Below are positions 1-7,317 of a stretch of DNA of 41,500 bases, piece after piece (position 1 is the first letter of the stretch; every line of letters begins with the position of its first letter). The notes beneath the pieces were generated by a model. That model saw nothing but the letters and a program-made list of their open reading frames with translations, ran no database searches and was not told the origin of the DNA. The stretch spans positions 1-41,500 of the IMG/VR virus record IMGVR_UViG_3300030095_006592. One strand, given 5' to 3'. This stretch comes from a virus (Duplodnaviria > Caudoviricetes). Both the position numbers and the translations under genes were made by a program.

Positions 1-197
1 TACAGGATAGAGAAAAAAAATCTCCTCACGCTGTTTCTAAGACTGAAATTAAAGAAAAGATTTGGCCGGTTTATAATGATAAAAAAAAGCTTGAGACAGA
101 AAAAGTCGATGATACTGCTGTAGATTTGCCAGACAATTCTTTAGATAATATTGAAAAGCCTATTAAAATAGAAAAGGGCGGATTTAGTAGAAAATAA
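1..197 (+). CDS. 3' end of hypothetical protein (partial)
   Basis: Open frame from position 3 (QDREKKSPH...GGFSRK) to TAA at 195-197; the start lies outside the window. Confidence 0.6.
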   Translation, partial: QDREKKSPHAVSKTEIKEKIWPVYNDKKKLETEKVDDTAVDLPDNSLDNIEKPIKIEKGGFSRK

Positions 198-200
198 ATA

Positions 201-240
201 AAAAAAAAGCTTGACACATATTGCATTTCTTTTGTATATT
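201..240 (+). promoter_or_regulatory. sigma70-type early promoter
   Basis: A-tract, TTGACA (211-216), 18-nt spacer, TATATT (235-240); the same architecture recurs 5 times in the window. Confidence 0.8.
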
Positions 241-266
241 AAGGTATAGATAATAAAGGAAAAACA

Positions 267-626
267 ATGAACTTAGAAAAACAATTAAGTAAAGAATCAG
301 CTACCGAATTTCAAAGCGGTATTGATAGGCTGGTTGAAGGTATAAAAAAACATTATGCTAGTTGGACAGATTGGGAAGAAGGTATTGAAAGATTCAATAA
401 AGGTGTTGCTATTAAAAGCGGTAGGAAATATACTAAGGTAATGCATGGTAGTTCTGTTTGGGGATTTATCGCCAATGGTGATGGAATACTAAAAGGTATC
501 CCTTACTTCAAAGGTGATGTATTTAAAGCAGCTAGTTGGGCTGCTCCAGCAAAGCATGTTAGAGGTTCAATCTTCGATACGAATACTGATTGGTATCAAT
601 GGACAGGACCTAAATATAGATTTTAA
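267..626 (+). CDS. conserved phage early hypothetical protein
   Basis: 119-aa ORF with AAGGA RBS; the GRKYTKV...SVWGF...GDVFKAASWAAPAK..RGSI pattern is typical of small proteins of T4-like phages. Confidence 0.8.
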   Translation: MNLEKQLSKESATEFQSGIDRLVEGIKKHYASWTDWEEGIERFNKGVAIKSGRKYTKVMHGSSVWGFIANGDGILKGIPYFKGDVFKAASWAAPAKHVRGSIFDTNTDWYQWTGPKYRF

Positions 627-654
627 TTAAATTAATAAATATAGGTAAAATTAA

Positions 655-1095
655 ATGATTAATAAAAAATGGGTTGAACATAATAAAAAAGAGTATGGTG
701 TTCAGATTATTGAATTAAAAAAAATCATTGAAAGTCAGGTGAAAGATGGTGGTAAGGCTAATGAGTTTACTTCTGATATGTTGGTAGCAATAGTTAGTGG
801 TCGTAAGATTACCGAAAAGATGCAGAATGCTATTAATGGTATCATTAAAAAAGAAAGTCCAGATTTAAAGTTTAAGAGGGAGAGTTGGTTACATAGTGTT
901 ATGCCTAAACTGATGATGGTTAAGGAACAGATTAATAACACAGATTGGAGCGAACAATATAGGCTTGGTTCAATAAATTTTATGGAGAGTATTATTGCAC
1001 AAGCACAAAATCGTAAGACACTTACCAAAAAACAAATGGAAGCGGTTTCTAATATGTATGTGAGAATTAAAAAAAATATTGAAAAAAAGTCTTGA
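655..1095 (+). CDS. hypothetical protein
   Basis: 146-aa ORF; its stop codon overlaps the next promoter. Confidence 0.75.
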   Translation: MINKKWVEHNKKEYGVQIIELKKIIESQVKDGGKANEFTSDMLVAIVSGRKITEKMQNAINGIIKKESPDLKFKRESWLHSVMPKLMMVKEQINNTDWSEQYRLGSINFMESIIAQAQNRKTLTKKQMEAVSNMYVRIKKNIEKKS

Positions 1096-1121
1096 CTTGT
1101 ATTGCAATTCTTTTGTAACTT
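1082..1121 (+). promoter_or_regulatory. sigma70-type early promoter
   Basis: A-tract, TTGACT (1092-1097), 18-nt spacer containing TATTGCA, TAACTT (1116-1121). Confidence 0.75.
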
Positions 1122-1144
1122 AACATATGAATAAGGAGACAATA

Positions 1145-1675
1145 ATGATAACTAAAGAAAAAGCATTGGCTGCTGTAATAGCGGTAACAATAGTTAATGG
1201 TTTTTTCTCTACCAATTTTATAGAAAAATACAAATCAATGTATTCGTCTAAGATTAATAAATTGGAATCTGAGAATGTGTTATTAAAAAACGAACTATCA
1301 AAGATATATAGGTATGGTGTAAATGTTGATGTAACAATGTATCAAGCAAATACCATACAATGTGATGATACACCTAACATTACAGCAGATGGAACAAAAA
1401 TACGAATAAGTAAAGCATCGGATTATAAGTTTGTTGCTTTATCTCGTAACCTATTAAAAAGATGGGGTGGTCCGTTTGACTATGGTGATTTTATATTGCT
1501 TGAAAATGCTGAACATAAAAGTGGTGTTTATCAGGTAAGGGATACTATGAATCCTAAATGGGTTAATGTAGTAGATATTTTGGAATCAGATCATGTAGTA
1601 CCGTATAAGTTTACGAATGCTCAGATCTATAAACTACCTTGGGTAGATAAAATAAAGGAAACAACGAATGGCTAA
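1145..1675 (+). CDS. 3D (Asp-Asp-Asp) domain protein, putative peptidoglycan lytic transglycosylase-like, with N-terminal membrane anchor
   Basis: VTMY...CDDTPNITADG...VALSRNLL...VRDTM...VDIL motifs and a hydrophobic N-terminus. Start moved to ATG 1145 after AAGGAG (1133-1138). Confidence 0.75.
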   Translation: MITKEKALAAVIAVTIVNGFFSTNFIEKYKSMYSSKINKLESENVLLKNELSKIYRYGVNVDVTMYQANTIQCDDTPNITADGTKIRISKASDYKFVALSRNLLKRWGGPFDYGDFILLENAEHKSGVYQVRDTMNPKWVNVVDILESDHVVPYKFTNAQIYKLPWVDKIKETTNG

Positions 1676-2096
1676 AAGTACATTTGAAAAAAATGGTGGT
1701 TACTTCATCGGTGGAGTAGCGTATATGGATTGTAAAATAACAGGCGAACCTGTTGCTAATGTGAGTACAGATATAGTGTCTGTAATAGGTAGTAGGGCTG
1801 TACAGAAAAAGGTGGGAATACCAAAGGAGAAATCAAGACCACAACCAAGCGGTAGGCCGGCTGGTTGGCATTTTATGGGTGAGTTTGTGGATAAGGATGG
1901 AACTGTTTATCATAGGGGTGTAGAACAACCTAAGTTGAAAGGTACTCTTAAACCTACAAAAGTAGTGGCTAAGAAAAAAACTAAACGAAGAACAAAAGAA
2001 GAGATACTTATTGCCAGAGAGGCTGATAAGAAAGCGGCTCTTAAAAAGGCTGTTAAGAAACAAAAAGACTTTCTTAATCATAAGTTCGGAGGCTAA
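1668..2096 (+). CDS. basic hypothetical protein
   Basis: 142-aa ORF overlapping the upstream stop; Lys-rich C-terminus; GRPAGWHFM..FVDKDG.VYH.G.EQP.LKGTL.PT core. Confidence 0.8.
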   Translation: MAKSTFEKNGGYFIGGVAYMDCKITGEPVANVSTDIVSVIGSRAVQKKVGIPKEKSRPQPSGRPAGWHFMGEFVDKDGTVYHRGVEQPKLKGTLKPTKVVAKKKTKRRTKEEILIAREADKKAALKKAVKKQKDFLNHKFGG

Positions 2097-2411
2097 GTGA
2101 GTAAATTTAACAGACCAATTAATCGGGATTACTTCAAACTAAAGGAGGATCCCGATGCCCTAAAGGGTGATAAGTTTATGAAGTGTTGTGGTAGTGAGAA
2201 GGATCATGAAGTTCTAAATGTAAAGAAGAAGTATGATTGGGAGTTAATTGAAGAATATATTGAACGACATCTTTTTAATTATCCAAGCACAGAATCAATT
2301 ACTCCTGTATCTTGTAAAAAGTGTGGTAGGTTATTGGAATATGTTTCTACATTAAATGAACAATCTTGGATACCAGGTTACTTGAAGAGGGGAACTAAGA
2401 TTGAAAAATAA
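2097..2411 (+). CDS. hypothetical protein, possible zinc ribbon
   Basis: GTG start abutting the previous stop; CC and CKKC motifs. Confidence 0.7.
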   Translation: MSKFNRPINRDYFKLKEDPDALKGDKFMKCCGSEKDHEVLNVKKKYDWELIEEYIERHLFNYPSTESITPVSCKKCGRLLEYVSTLNEQSWIPGYLKRGTKIEK

Positions 2412-2637
2412 CTTCGGAGATAGATTTACTAAACTAAGAACTAGAATGATGGGTTGGGCTGAAAAATGGAAATACCAAACATCAGAAAATAGTGATTTTG
2501 TAATACCGGATCATCCTGATAGAAATAAGTCTTGGAAAGAGGATTTAAAATTAGTTTGTAAATTTGAAAATCATATGGAACTAACCAGAGTTCAAAAACT
2601 ATTTCTAAACCAATTATGGAGAATGTATAAGGTATGA
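2401..2637 (+). CDS. hypothetical protein
   Basis: TTG start after GAGGGG; ATGA overlap with the downstream gene. Confidence 0.65.
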   Translation: MKNNFGDRFTKLRTRMMGWAEKWKYQTSENSDFVIPDHPDRNKSWKEDLKLVCKFENHMELTRVQKLFLNQLWRMYKV

Positions 2638-3317
2638 GAGAAATTTCTAAGTCAGGCAATCCAAAAGGTAAAATGCAAAAATTTCCATGGAAAAATAAAG
2701 TAATTGATTGTTTTAAAGAAGAAAATCCATTAATACAAAAAAAACTAAGAGAGGTTTCAGTTGAAGAAGGAAACATTATTGCCGCAGAATTATTTCAGAT
2801 ACTTAACGAAAGAAAAGACGGTATTGGGCTGGCAGCTAATCAAGTGGGAATTGATGCACAGGTGGCCGTTGTCAATGTTCGTGAACCTGTGGTACTCATC
2901 AACCCTAAGATTATTGATAAGAGTGGCGAGATTAATTATTACGAGGGGTGTTTAAGTTTTCCGAAGAAAGGTTGCCATACTAAGAGATATGAAACTATTG
3001 AGGTTAAAACTGAACAAATTGAGGGTAGTTGGATATTTAGTGGTGTCGATAGTGGAGAATCTGGTAAGGGTAGTTGGGAAGATAGTGAAGTTAAAGAGGA
3101 TAAAGAAGTAAGGCTTTTAGAGGCTGTGTGTGTTCAACACGAAATAGATCACTTAAATGGAATGAGGATTATGGATAGAATGATAGATACTACAATTAGA
3201 GTTGAAAAGAAACCAGGCAGAAATCAGTTGGTTACAATTAAAAGAAATGATGCAATTAAGGTATTGAAGTACAAAAAAGCAGAAAAGTTTTTAAATGATG
3301 GTTGGGTAATTAGTTGA
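2634..3317 (+). CDS. def: peptide deformylase
   Basis: All three PDF motifs: GIGLAANQVG, EGCLS, QHEIDHLNG. Confidence 0.95.
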   Translation: MREISKSGNPKGKMQKFPWKNKVIDCFKEENPLIQKKLREVSVEEGNIIAAELFQILNERKDGIGLAANQVGIDAQVAVVNVREPVVLINPKIIDKSGEINYYEGCLSFPKKGCHTKRYETIEVKTEQIEGSWIFSGVDSGESGKGSWEDSEVKEDKEVRLLEAVCVQHEIDHLNGMRIMDRMIDTTIRVEKKPGRNQLVTIKRNDAIKVLKYKKAEKFLNDGWVIS

Positions 3318-3526
3318 AAAAAGATATAATTAATTTTACATTTGGTTTTGTATGTGGTGTTGTATTGTTATACATAATGGTACAAACCACATTAGAACAG
3401 ATGGAAATGGTTATTGATAAAGCGTACAAATTAACTATTGAGATGGAAACAAGAATACAACAAGATAAAATTGATAAGGGTGAAGATTTAATAATTAAAC
3501 CAAAAAAAGAAAAGGGAGTAATATAA
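3314..3526 (+). CDS. small membrane-anchored protein
   Basis: TTGA overlap with the def stop; N-terminal hydrophobic stretch. Confidence 0.65.
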   Translation: MKKDIINFTFGFVCGVVLLYIMVQTTLEQMEMVIDKAYKLTIEMETRIQQDKIDKGEDLIIKPKKEKGVI

Positions 3527-3627
3527 TGGCTATGTTTGCAATAATGTTTATGATGTTTGTGAGTATTTTATTTATGATTGAGGCTGCTGATATTAAGAAA
3601 GAAAAAGATAGAAGATTTAAGAAATGA
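3526..3627 (+). CDS. 33-aa membrane peptide (not in ORF track)
   Basis: MAMFAIMFMMFVSILFMIEAADIKKEKDRRFKK; GGGAG RBS; TAATG and ATGA coupling at the two ends. Confidence 0.55.
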   Translation: MAMFAIMFMMFVSILFMIEAADIKKEKDRRFKK

Positions 3628-3749
3628 TAAAACAACTAATAAATAAATTTAGAGAATGGCAAATCACAAGGCAATCTGCTAAGTTTGCTAAGGAATTGAA
3701 GAAGAAAAACTATAAGCCATTTCAACCGTGGAATAATGGAGTTTGGTAA
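3624..3749 (+). CDS. 41-aa basic peptide (not in ORF track)
   Basis: MIKQLINKFREWQITRQ...PWNNGVW; exactly fills the gap with overlapping stop/start codons. Confidence 0.55.
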   Translation: MIKQLINKFREWQITRQSAKFAKELKKKNYKPFQPWNNGVW

Positions 3750-4153
3750 TGAAAATTAGGGATATAATCAGACCATTATTACAGGAGATATATCAACCTG
3801 ATGGTTGGAAGATGTTAACCTGTTGTATGTTATTGAATCTAACAAACAGAAAGCAGGTAGATGGAATCAGAGATGAGTTGTTCAAACGATATCCGACACC
3901 AAAAAAAATGATGAAGGCTAATCAATCAGAACTGGCAGAGTTACTGAAACCATTAGGTTTGTATAACAGAAGAGCCAAGTCGCTAAAGAAAATGAGTGAA
4001 GGTTATGTCAAGGGATTTAAATCTGTTGATGAGTTGTATGGAATAGGTCAGTATGCTAAAGATTCTTGGGAGATATTTCAGAACAATAACAGGAAAATAA
4101 ATCCAACGGATAAGGTTTTGCAGGAATATTTAAGGGTAGAATATGGAAAATGA
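3749..4153 (+). CDS. MBD4-like HhH-GPD DNA glycosylase
   Basis: WKML..MLLNLT, LLKPLGLY..RA, HhH LYGIGQYAKDS and PTDKVL parallel the MBD4 catalytic domain (LLKPLGLY, LHGIGKYG.DS, PEDHKL). Start ATG 3749 is coupled to the upstream TAA. Confidence 0.85.
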   Translation: MKIRDIIRPLLQEIYQPDGWKMLTCCMLLNLTNRKQVDGIRDELFKRYPTPKKMMKANQSELAELLKPLGLYNRRAKSLKKMSEGYVKGFKSVDELYGIGQYAKDSWEIFQNNNRKINPTDKVLQEYLRVEYGK

Positions 4154-4313
4154 TTTAACAGATCCAGCGTTTAGTAACACACCACAGGCTCCACAGAAAT
4201 GGCAAGTCATAGTTTGGTGTTTGTGTATTGTTGTGGCTGTAACAACAGAGGTGGTAAGGCATAAAATAGAAAAAAATAAAAAGGAGATAATAAATGAAAA
4301 AATCAACGATTAG
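4143..4313 (+). CDS. 56-aa single-pass membrane protein (not in ORF track)
   Basis: MENDLTDP...WQVIVWCLCIVVAVTTEVV...; fills the gap between neighbours. Confidence 0.5.
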   Translation: MENDLTDPAFSNTPQAPQKWQVIVWCLCIVVAVTTEVVRHKIEKNKKEIINEKIND

Positions 4314-4644
4314 TTTATTAAGAATATTAGTGGTATTTATAACTTTTATTGCTGTATTAAGAGGGAATCAGTTACCTGAGTTAGTACCGTATCATATAGT
4401 GCCATTAGATCCTATACCTGATTGTAGGTTGGAGCTTGGTATCGAACTGATACACCCGTATAAGATTGAAGAAATGCCAGAACCACAGAGAGAAGAGACA
4501 TTGGAAATTATATATAAAAGAATAGCTTATGAGGTTTCTAATCCAAACAGACAAGCTGGTATGTTTGAGATTGATGGGAAGATGTATCATCTTATTAGAA
4601 TACCTTATACAGGTGCTTCTACAAACTTTTGGGGTTGGGAATGA
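4294..4644 (+). CDS. hypothetical exported protein
   Basis: AAGGAG RBS; signal-peptide-like N-terminus (MKKSTISLLRILVVFITFIAVL). Confidence 0.7.
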   Translation: MKKSTISLLRILVVFITFIAVLRGNQLPELVPYHIVPLDPIPDCRLELGIELIHPYKIEEMPEPQREETLEIIYKRIAYEVSNPNRQAGMFEIDGKMYHLIRIPYTGASTNFWGWE

Positions 4645-4775
4645 AAAAAAATAAAAAAATGGAATTATTAAAAAAAGCCGAAAAGGTAAAATTTGTTTTT
4701 GATAAAATGGATAAAGAAACACAAGATGCGATAAAAAGTCTAATCACACATCTACAAATGGCGAGGTTAAAATGA
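4641..4775 (+). CDS. 44-aa hypothetical peptide (not in ORF track)
   Basis: ATGA overlaps at both ends. Confidence 0.5.
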   Translation: MKKNKKMELLKKAEKVKFVFDKMDKETQDAIKSLITHLQMARLK

Positions 4776-4912
4776 ATAATTGGAATAAAGTAGAAAAATC
4801 AAAAAAAATTGCCACCGACCAAGACATCCAATGGGAATATGTTAAGATGGTATTGTGGTTGTTATCTGGTATGGCTTATGCATATTTTGTAATTTTAGGA
4901 AAAACATTATGA
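4772..4912 (+). CDS. 46-aa membrane peptide (not in ORF track)
   Basis: GAGG RBS; MNNWNK...WEYVKMVLWLLSGMAYAYFVILGKTL; ATGA overlaps at both ends. Confidence 0.55.
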   Translation: MNNWNKVEKSKKIATDQDIQWEYVKMVLWLLSGMAYAYFVILGKTL

Positions 4913-5349
4913 GTAATAAAGACAAAGAATATTTACTGATATTAGGAATTATATTTTCGTTAGTTTATGTATTTTGGCCAATATCGGAATTAGAAGAAAC
5001 GATACCTGTGGTATCTGTTGAAGAAGAACCAATACAGGTCTGGAAAGAAACTCATAAAAAATTAAATGGTGATATGGGGGATATATTAAAGATAAAATAT
5101 AAAATTGATAAGGATAACACAAAATTATGGATTAGAGATTTGAATACTGGTAGGATGGTGCATGAACAACCATTTTCTATGAGTCCATATCCTGATAGTC
5201 ATAATAAACAAAGTAGGGTGAATATTTACATTTGGAAACTATATGATGGTGAACACGGAAATAAATATGTTCCACCAGGCGATTATGAAATCTGTGTTGG
5301 AACAAGCATCAACTCATCAGAAAATTATTATTTGGAGATTGTAATATGA
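4909..5349 (+). CDS. membrane-anchored protein with FlgD-Ig-like domain
   Basis: N-terminal TM segment; LWIRDLNTGRMV...YIWKLYD..GNKYVPPGDY resembles the FlgD Ig-like pattern. Start moved to ATG 4909. Confidence 0.6.
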   Translation: MSNKDKEYLLILGIIFSLVYVFWPISELEETIPVVSVEEEPIQVWKETHKKLNGDMGDILKIKYKIDKDNTKLWIRDLNTGRMVHEQPFSMSPYPDSHNKQSRVNIYIWKLYDGEHGNKYVPPGDYEICVGTSINSSENYYLEIVI

Positions 5350-5633
5350 TAAAAATTTATTGGGAAATTATTAAGATAGGATTAATTGGATTAGGCACAT
5401 TTCTTATGATTGGTATGATACTAAGCATACCTTTGTGTTTACTTTGGAATTGGTTAATGCCAGATATATTTGGTTTACCAACAATAAATGTTTTACAGGC
5501 ATTTGGATTATCAGCCATAGTAACATTTTTAAGTCCAACAAAATTAGATTTAAAAAATAAAAAACAAAATGTAAATGTAGATAAACATTTAGAAAAAGCT
5601 TTTAAAGATATTACAACAGAATTTAAAGCTTAA
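5346..5633 (+). CDS. membrane protein
   Basis: Two hydrophobic segments around LWNWLMPDIFGLPTI..LQAFGL. Confidence 0.75.
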   Translation: MIKIYWEIIKIGLIGLGTFLMIGMILSIPLCLLWNWLMPDIFGLPTINVLQAFGLSAIVTFLSPTKLDLKNKKQNVNVDKHLEKAFKDITTEFKA

Positions 5634-5636
5634 CAC

Positions 5637-5644
5637 TATTTATA
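5637..5644 (+). promoter_or_regulatory. TATTTATA motif, putative phage-sigma promoter
   Basis: Intergenic, upstream of the GGAGGT RBS of the 5665 ORF and of the tmRNA; recurs upstream of structural operons. Confidence 0.5.
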
Positions 5645-5664
5645 TCAAATAATCGGAGGTAGTT

Positions 5665-5808
5665 ATGTTAGATTTAGATTGGGTAATAAGTACTTTAAAG
5701 GAAGCAAGGGATAATGAAGATTGGGAATTAGTAAAGGAGATTATATCCTATTTAGAAAACCAAGACGATTTTGATTCCGATTGGTTAGATAGTATAGGAG
5801 ATATGTAA
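5665..5808 (+). CDS. 47-aa acidic protein (not in ORF track)
   Basis: Strong GGAGGT RBS; 15 D/E versus 3 K/R. Confidence 0.7.
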   Translation: MLDLDWVISTLKEARDNEDWELVKEIISYLENQDDFDSDWLDSIGDM

Positions 5809-5813
5809 AATAT

Positions 5814-6237
5814 GGGGCTGAAATGGTATCGACAGATGTTATTTGAGAACTAAGTGCAGCAGAGATTGAGTATGTCTCGTAACAAAAGACTCACCAAACC
5901 TAAATGGCGATAATTCGCTCGAAGGGTTGGATATTGATTGGCATTTAGCTGAGTATGATTACCCAGCTGCTCCAATCAGCCGTAAGGCAGATGTTCAGCC
6001 AACTTACGCTTTCGCATAAGTTACTGAGTTGTCTAACACTCGGTCGTAAAATAAGTTAGACGAACTCTCTTTAGCCAGTAGGAAGTTAGAGATTAAAGAA
6101 ACTGCCAGTTCAATCTACTCTGGATAAAGTAGTGGGCATGTTGTAGGTACAGTCTCCGAGGGTCAGAACCTAACTAAGCTGTGAATGACTTAATTGAGAA
6201 TGCAGACTGGACGGGGGTTCGACTCCCCCCAGCTCCA
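5814..6237 (+). ncRNA. ssrA: tmRNA, one-piece, about 424 nt
   Basis: 5' GGGGCTG pairs with 3' CAGCTCC-A including the G3:U70 Ala determinant. TCGAC/GGAC D-region and T-arm GGGGG-TTCGACT-CCCCC are present. PK1 (GAGA/TCTC plus TGAGT/ACTCA) and PK2 (CTGAGT/ACTCGG plus GTCTAAC/GTTAGAC) can form. Tag frame present. CCA is not encoded (CAA follows). Confidence 0.95.
5906..6019 (+). other. tmRNA tag reading frame (A)GDNSLEGLDIDWHLAEYDYPAAPISRKADVQPTYAFA*
   Basis: Resume context TAAAT-GGC 12 nt after PK1; 37 sense codons, then TAA within the AACTTA/TAAGTT hairpin. Confidence 0.85.
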
Positions 6238-6255
6238 CAATATAGGAGAATATGT

Positions 6256-6792
6256 ATGGCAAGTATATTATTACCACCAGCATTAAGCGCTGTAGGTGCT
6301 TTGAGTGAGGCTCTTTTAATAGCTCAATCCTCAATAGCAACAGGTATAACATACGGTAATTCTATGATAAACATAGTGGATCCATTTAGTAGAACCACCG
6401 CTCCAATAACAGCCATATTAACCGCAATAACACCAGCCAAACCAATGGGTCCTCCCGCTTTATTAACAATACCAAATTGTCTAGCGGTAACTGGTGAGAT
6501 AGAACAAATAAGCGGTTATATTAATGCTGCTCAAATTCAATCCATAGCAGGTCCTCCAACTCCTGCAGGAGCTCCGACACCATCGCCAATATTCTTAGCT
6601 CCGCCTGTTCCACAATCAGCAGGTGCCATAAATTCAAAAACACCTATTTTATCTATAAGAACCAACCGTAATACAAATTATATAAATCAACCAATATTTA
6701 ATCCGATTGGTAGCCCTTGGTTTGTTGTTCAACAGATAACGGAGTTGATTAAGTTTATAGATAAAAACTTTGTAAAACCTCAACAAAATTAA
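6256..6792 (+). CDS. Pro/Ala/Ile-rich hypothetical protein (178 aa)
   Basis: GGAG RBS at 6245-6248, ATG 6256; the track start at 6181 lies inside the tmRNA. Confidence 0.7.
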   Translation: MASILLPPALSAVGALSEALLIAQSSIATGITYGNSMINIVDPFSRTTAPITAILTAITPAKPMGPPALLTIPNCLAVTGEIEQISGYINAAQIQSIAGPPTPAGAPTPSPIFLAPPVPQSAGAINSKTPILSIRTNRNTNYINQPIFNPIGSPWFVVQQITELIKFIDKNFVKPQQN

Positions 6793-6831
6793 AGAAAAGG
6801 CTTGACTTGTATTGCATTTTAGTGTTATATT
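6793..6831 (+). promoter_or_regulatory. sigma70-type early promoter
   Basis: TTGACT (6802-6807), 18-nt spacer with TATTGCA, TATATT (6826-6831). Confidence 0.8.
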
Positions 6832-6857
6832 TACATCAACAATAAAAGGAAAATATA

Positions 6858-7073
6858 ATGAAAAAGTGGAAAACTAAAAAAGCTATTGCGAGTCAGAAGA
6901 AGATAGATAAGGCATGTGCCGCTTACGGTAAGGCTTATACTACCAGCGGTAAACCTTTCTCCGTGGCTCAGACATTTGACGATAAGACAGGTACTTGGAA
7001 GATATGCCCTTGCTGTGGTGGAGATAGTATCATCGATTGGTACGATGGTGGTCAAAAAGATATTTACGGTTAA
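6858..7073 (+). CDS. small hypothetical protein with CPCC motif
   Basis: AAGGA RBS; single gene between two promoters. Confidence 0.75.
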   Translation: MKKWKTKKAIASQKKIDKACAAYGKAYTTSGKPFSVAQTFDDKTGTWKICPCCGGDSIIDWYDGGQKDIYG

Positions 7074-7080
7074 AATAATT

Positions 7081-7120
7081 AAAAAAAAGTCTTGACATTA
7101 ATCGAAATTCTGTGTATATT
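7081..7120 (+). promoter_or_regulatory. sigma70-type early promoter
   Basis: A-tract, TTGACA (7092-7097), 17-nt spacer, TATATT (7115-7120). Confidence 0.8.
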
Positions 7121-7146
7121 AAGGGGTAAGAAAAAGGGAAAAAACA

Positions 7147-7317
7147 ATGAAAACAATTTTTAAAGAAATACAAAATGATATGGAAGATTTTTTTGAAGAA
7201 ATGGATAAAGTAATTTACACTTACGAAGTAGATGGTGAGGTAGTTTCCGAACCTGTTGAGGATGTTCTTGAAAGAGAACAATTGGAAATGGAAGCTGAAC
7301 TAGCGATGGGGATATAG
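7147..7317 (+). CDS. 56-aa highly acidic protein (not in ORF track)
   Basis: MKTIFKEIQNDMEDFFEEMD...ELAMGI; 18 D/E versus 4 K/R; leader GGAAAAAACAATG nearly identical to that of the 267 gene. Confidence 0.75.
   Translation: MKTIFKEIQNDMEDFFEEMDKVIYTYEVDGEVVSEPVEDVLEREQLEMEAELAMGI

Noticed and set aside
81-100. Promoter-like AAAAAAAAGCTTGAGA
   Set aside because: Lies inside a coding frame, has TTGAGA rather than TTGAC, and no matching -10 box.
6211-6240. Prophage/island attachment site at the tmRNA or tRNA 3' end
   Set aside because: No duplicated 3' fragment and no integrase seen; both flanks look like phage genes.
6170-6352. Minus-strand 60-aa ORF and the 6181 GTG start of the plus ORF
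   Set aside because: Both overlap the tmRNA T-arm and acceptor stem; ATG 6256 has a proper RBS.
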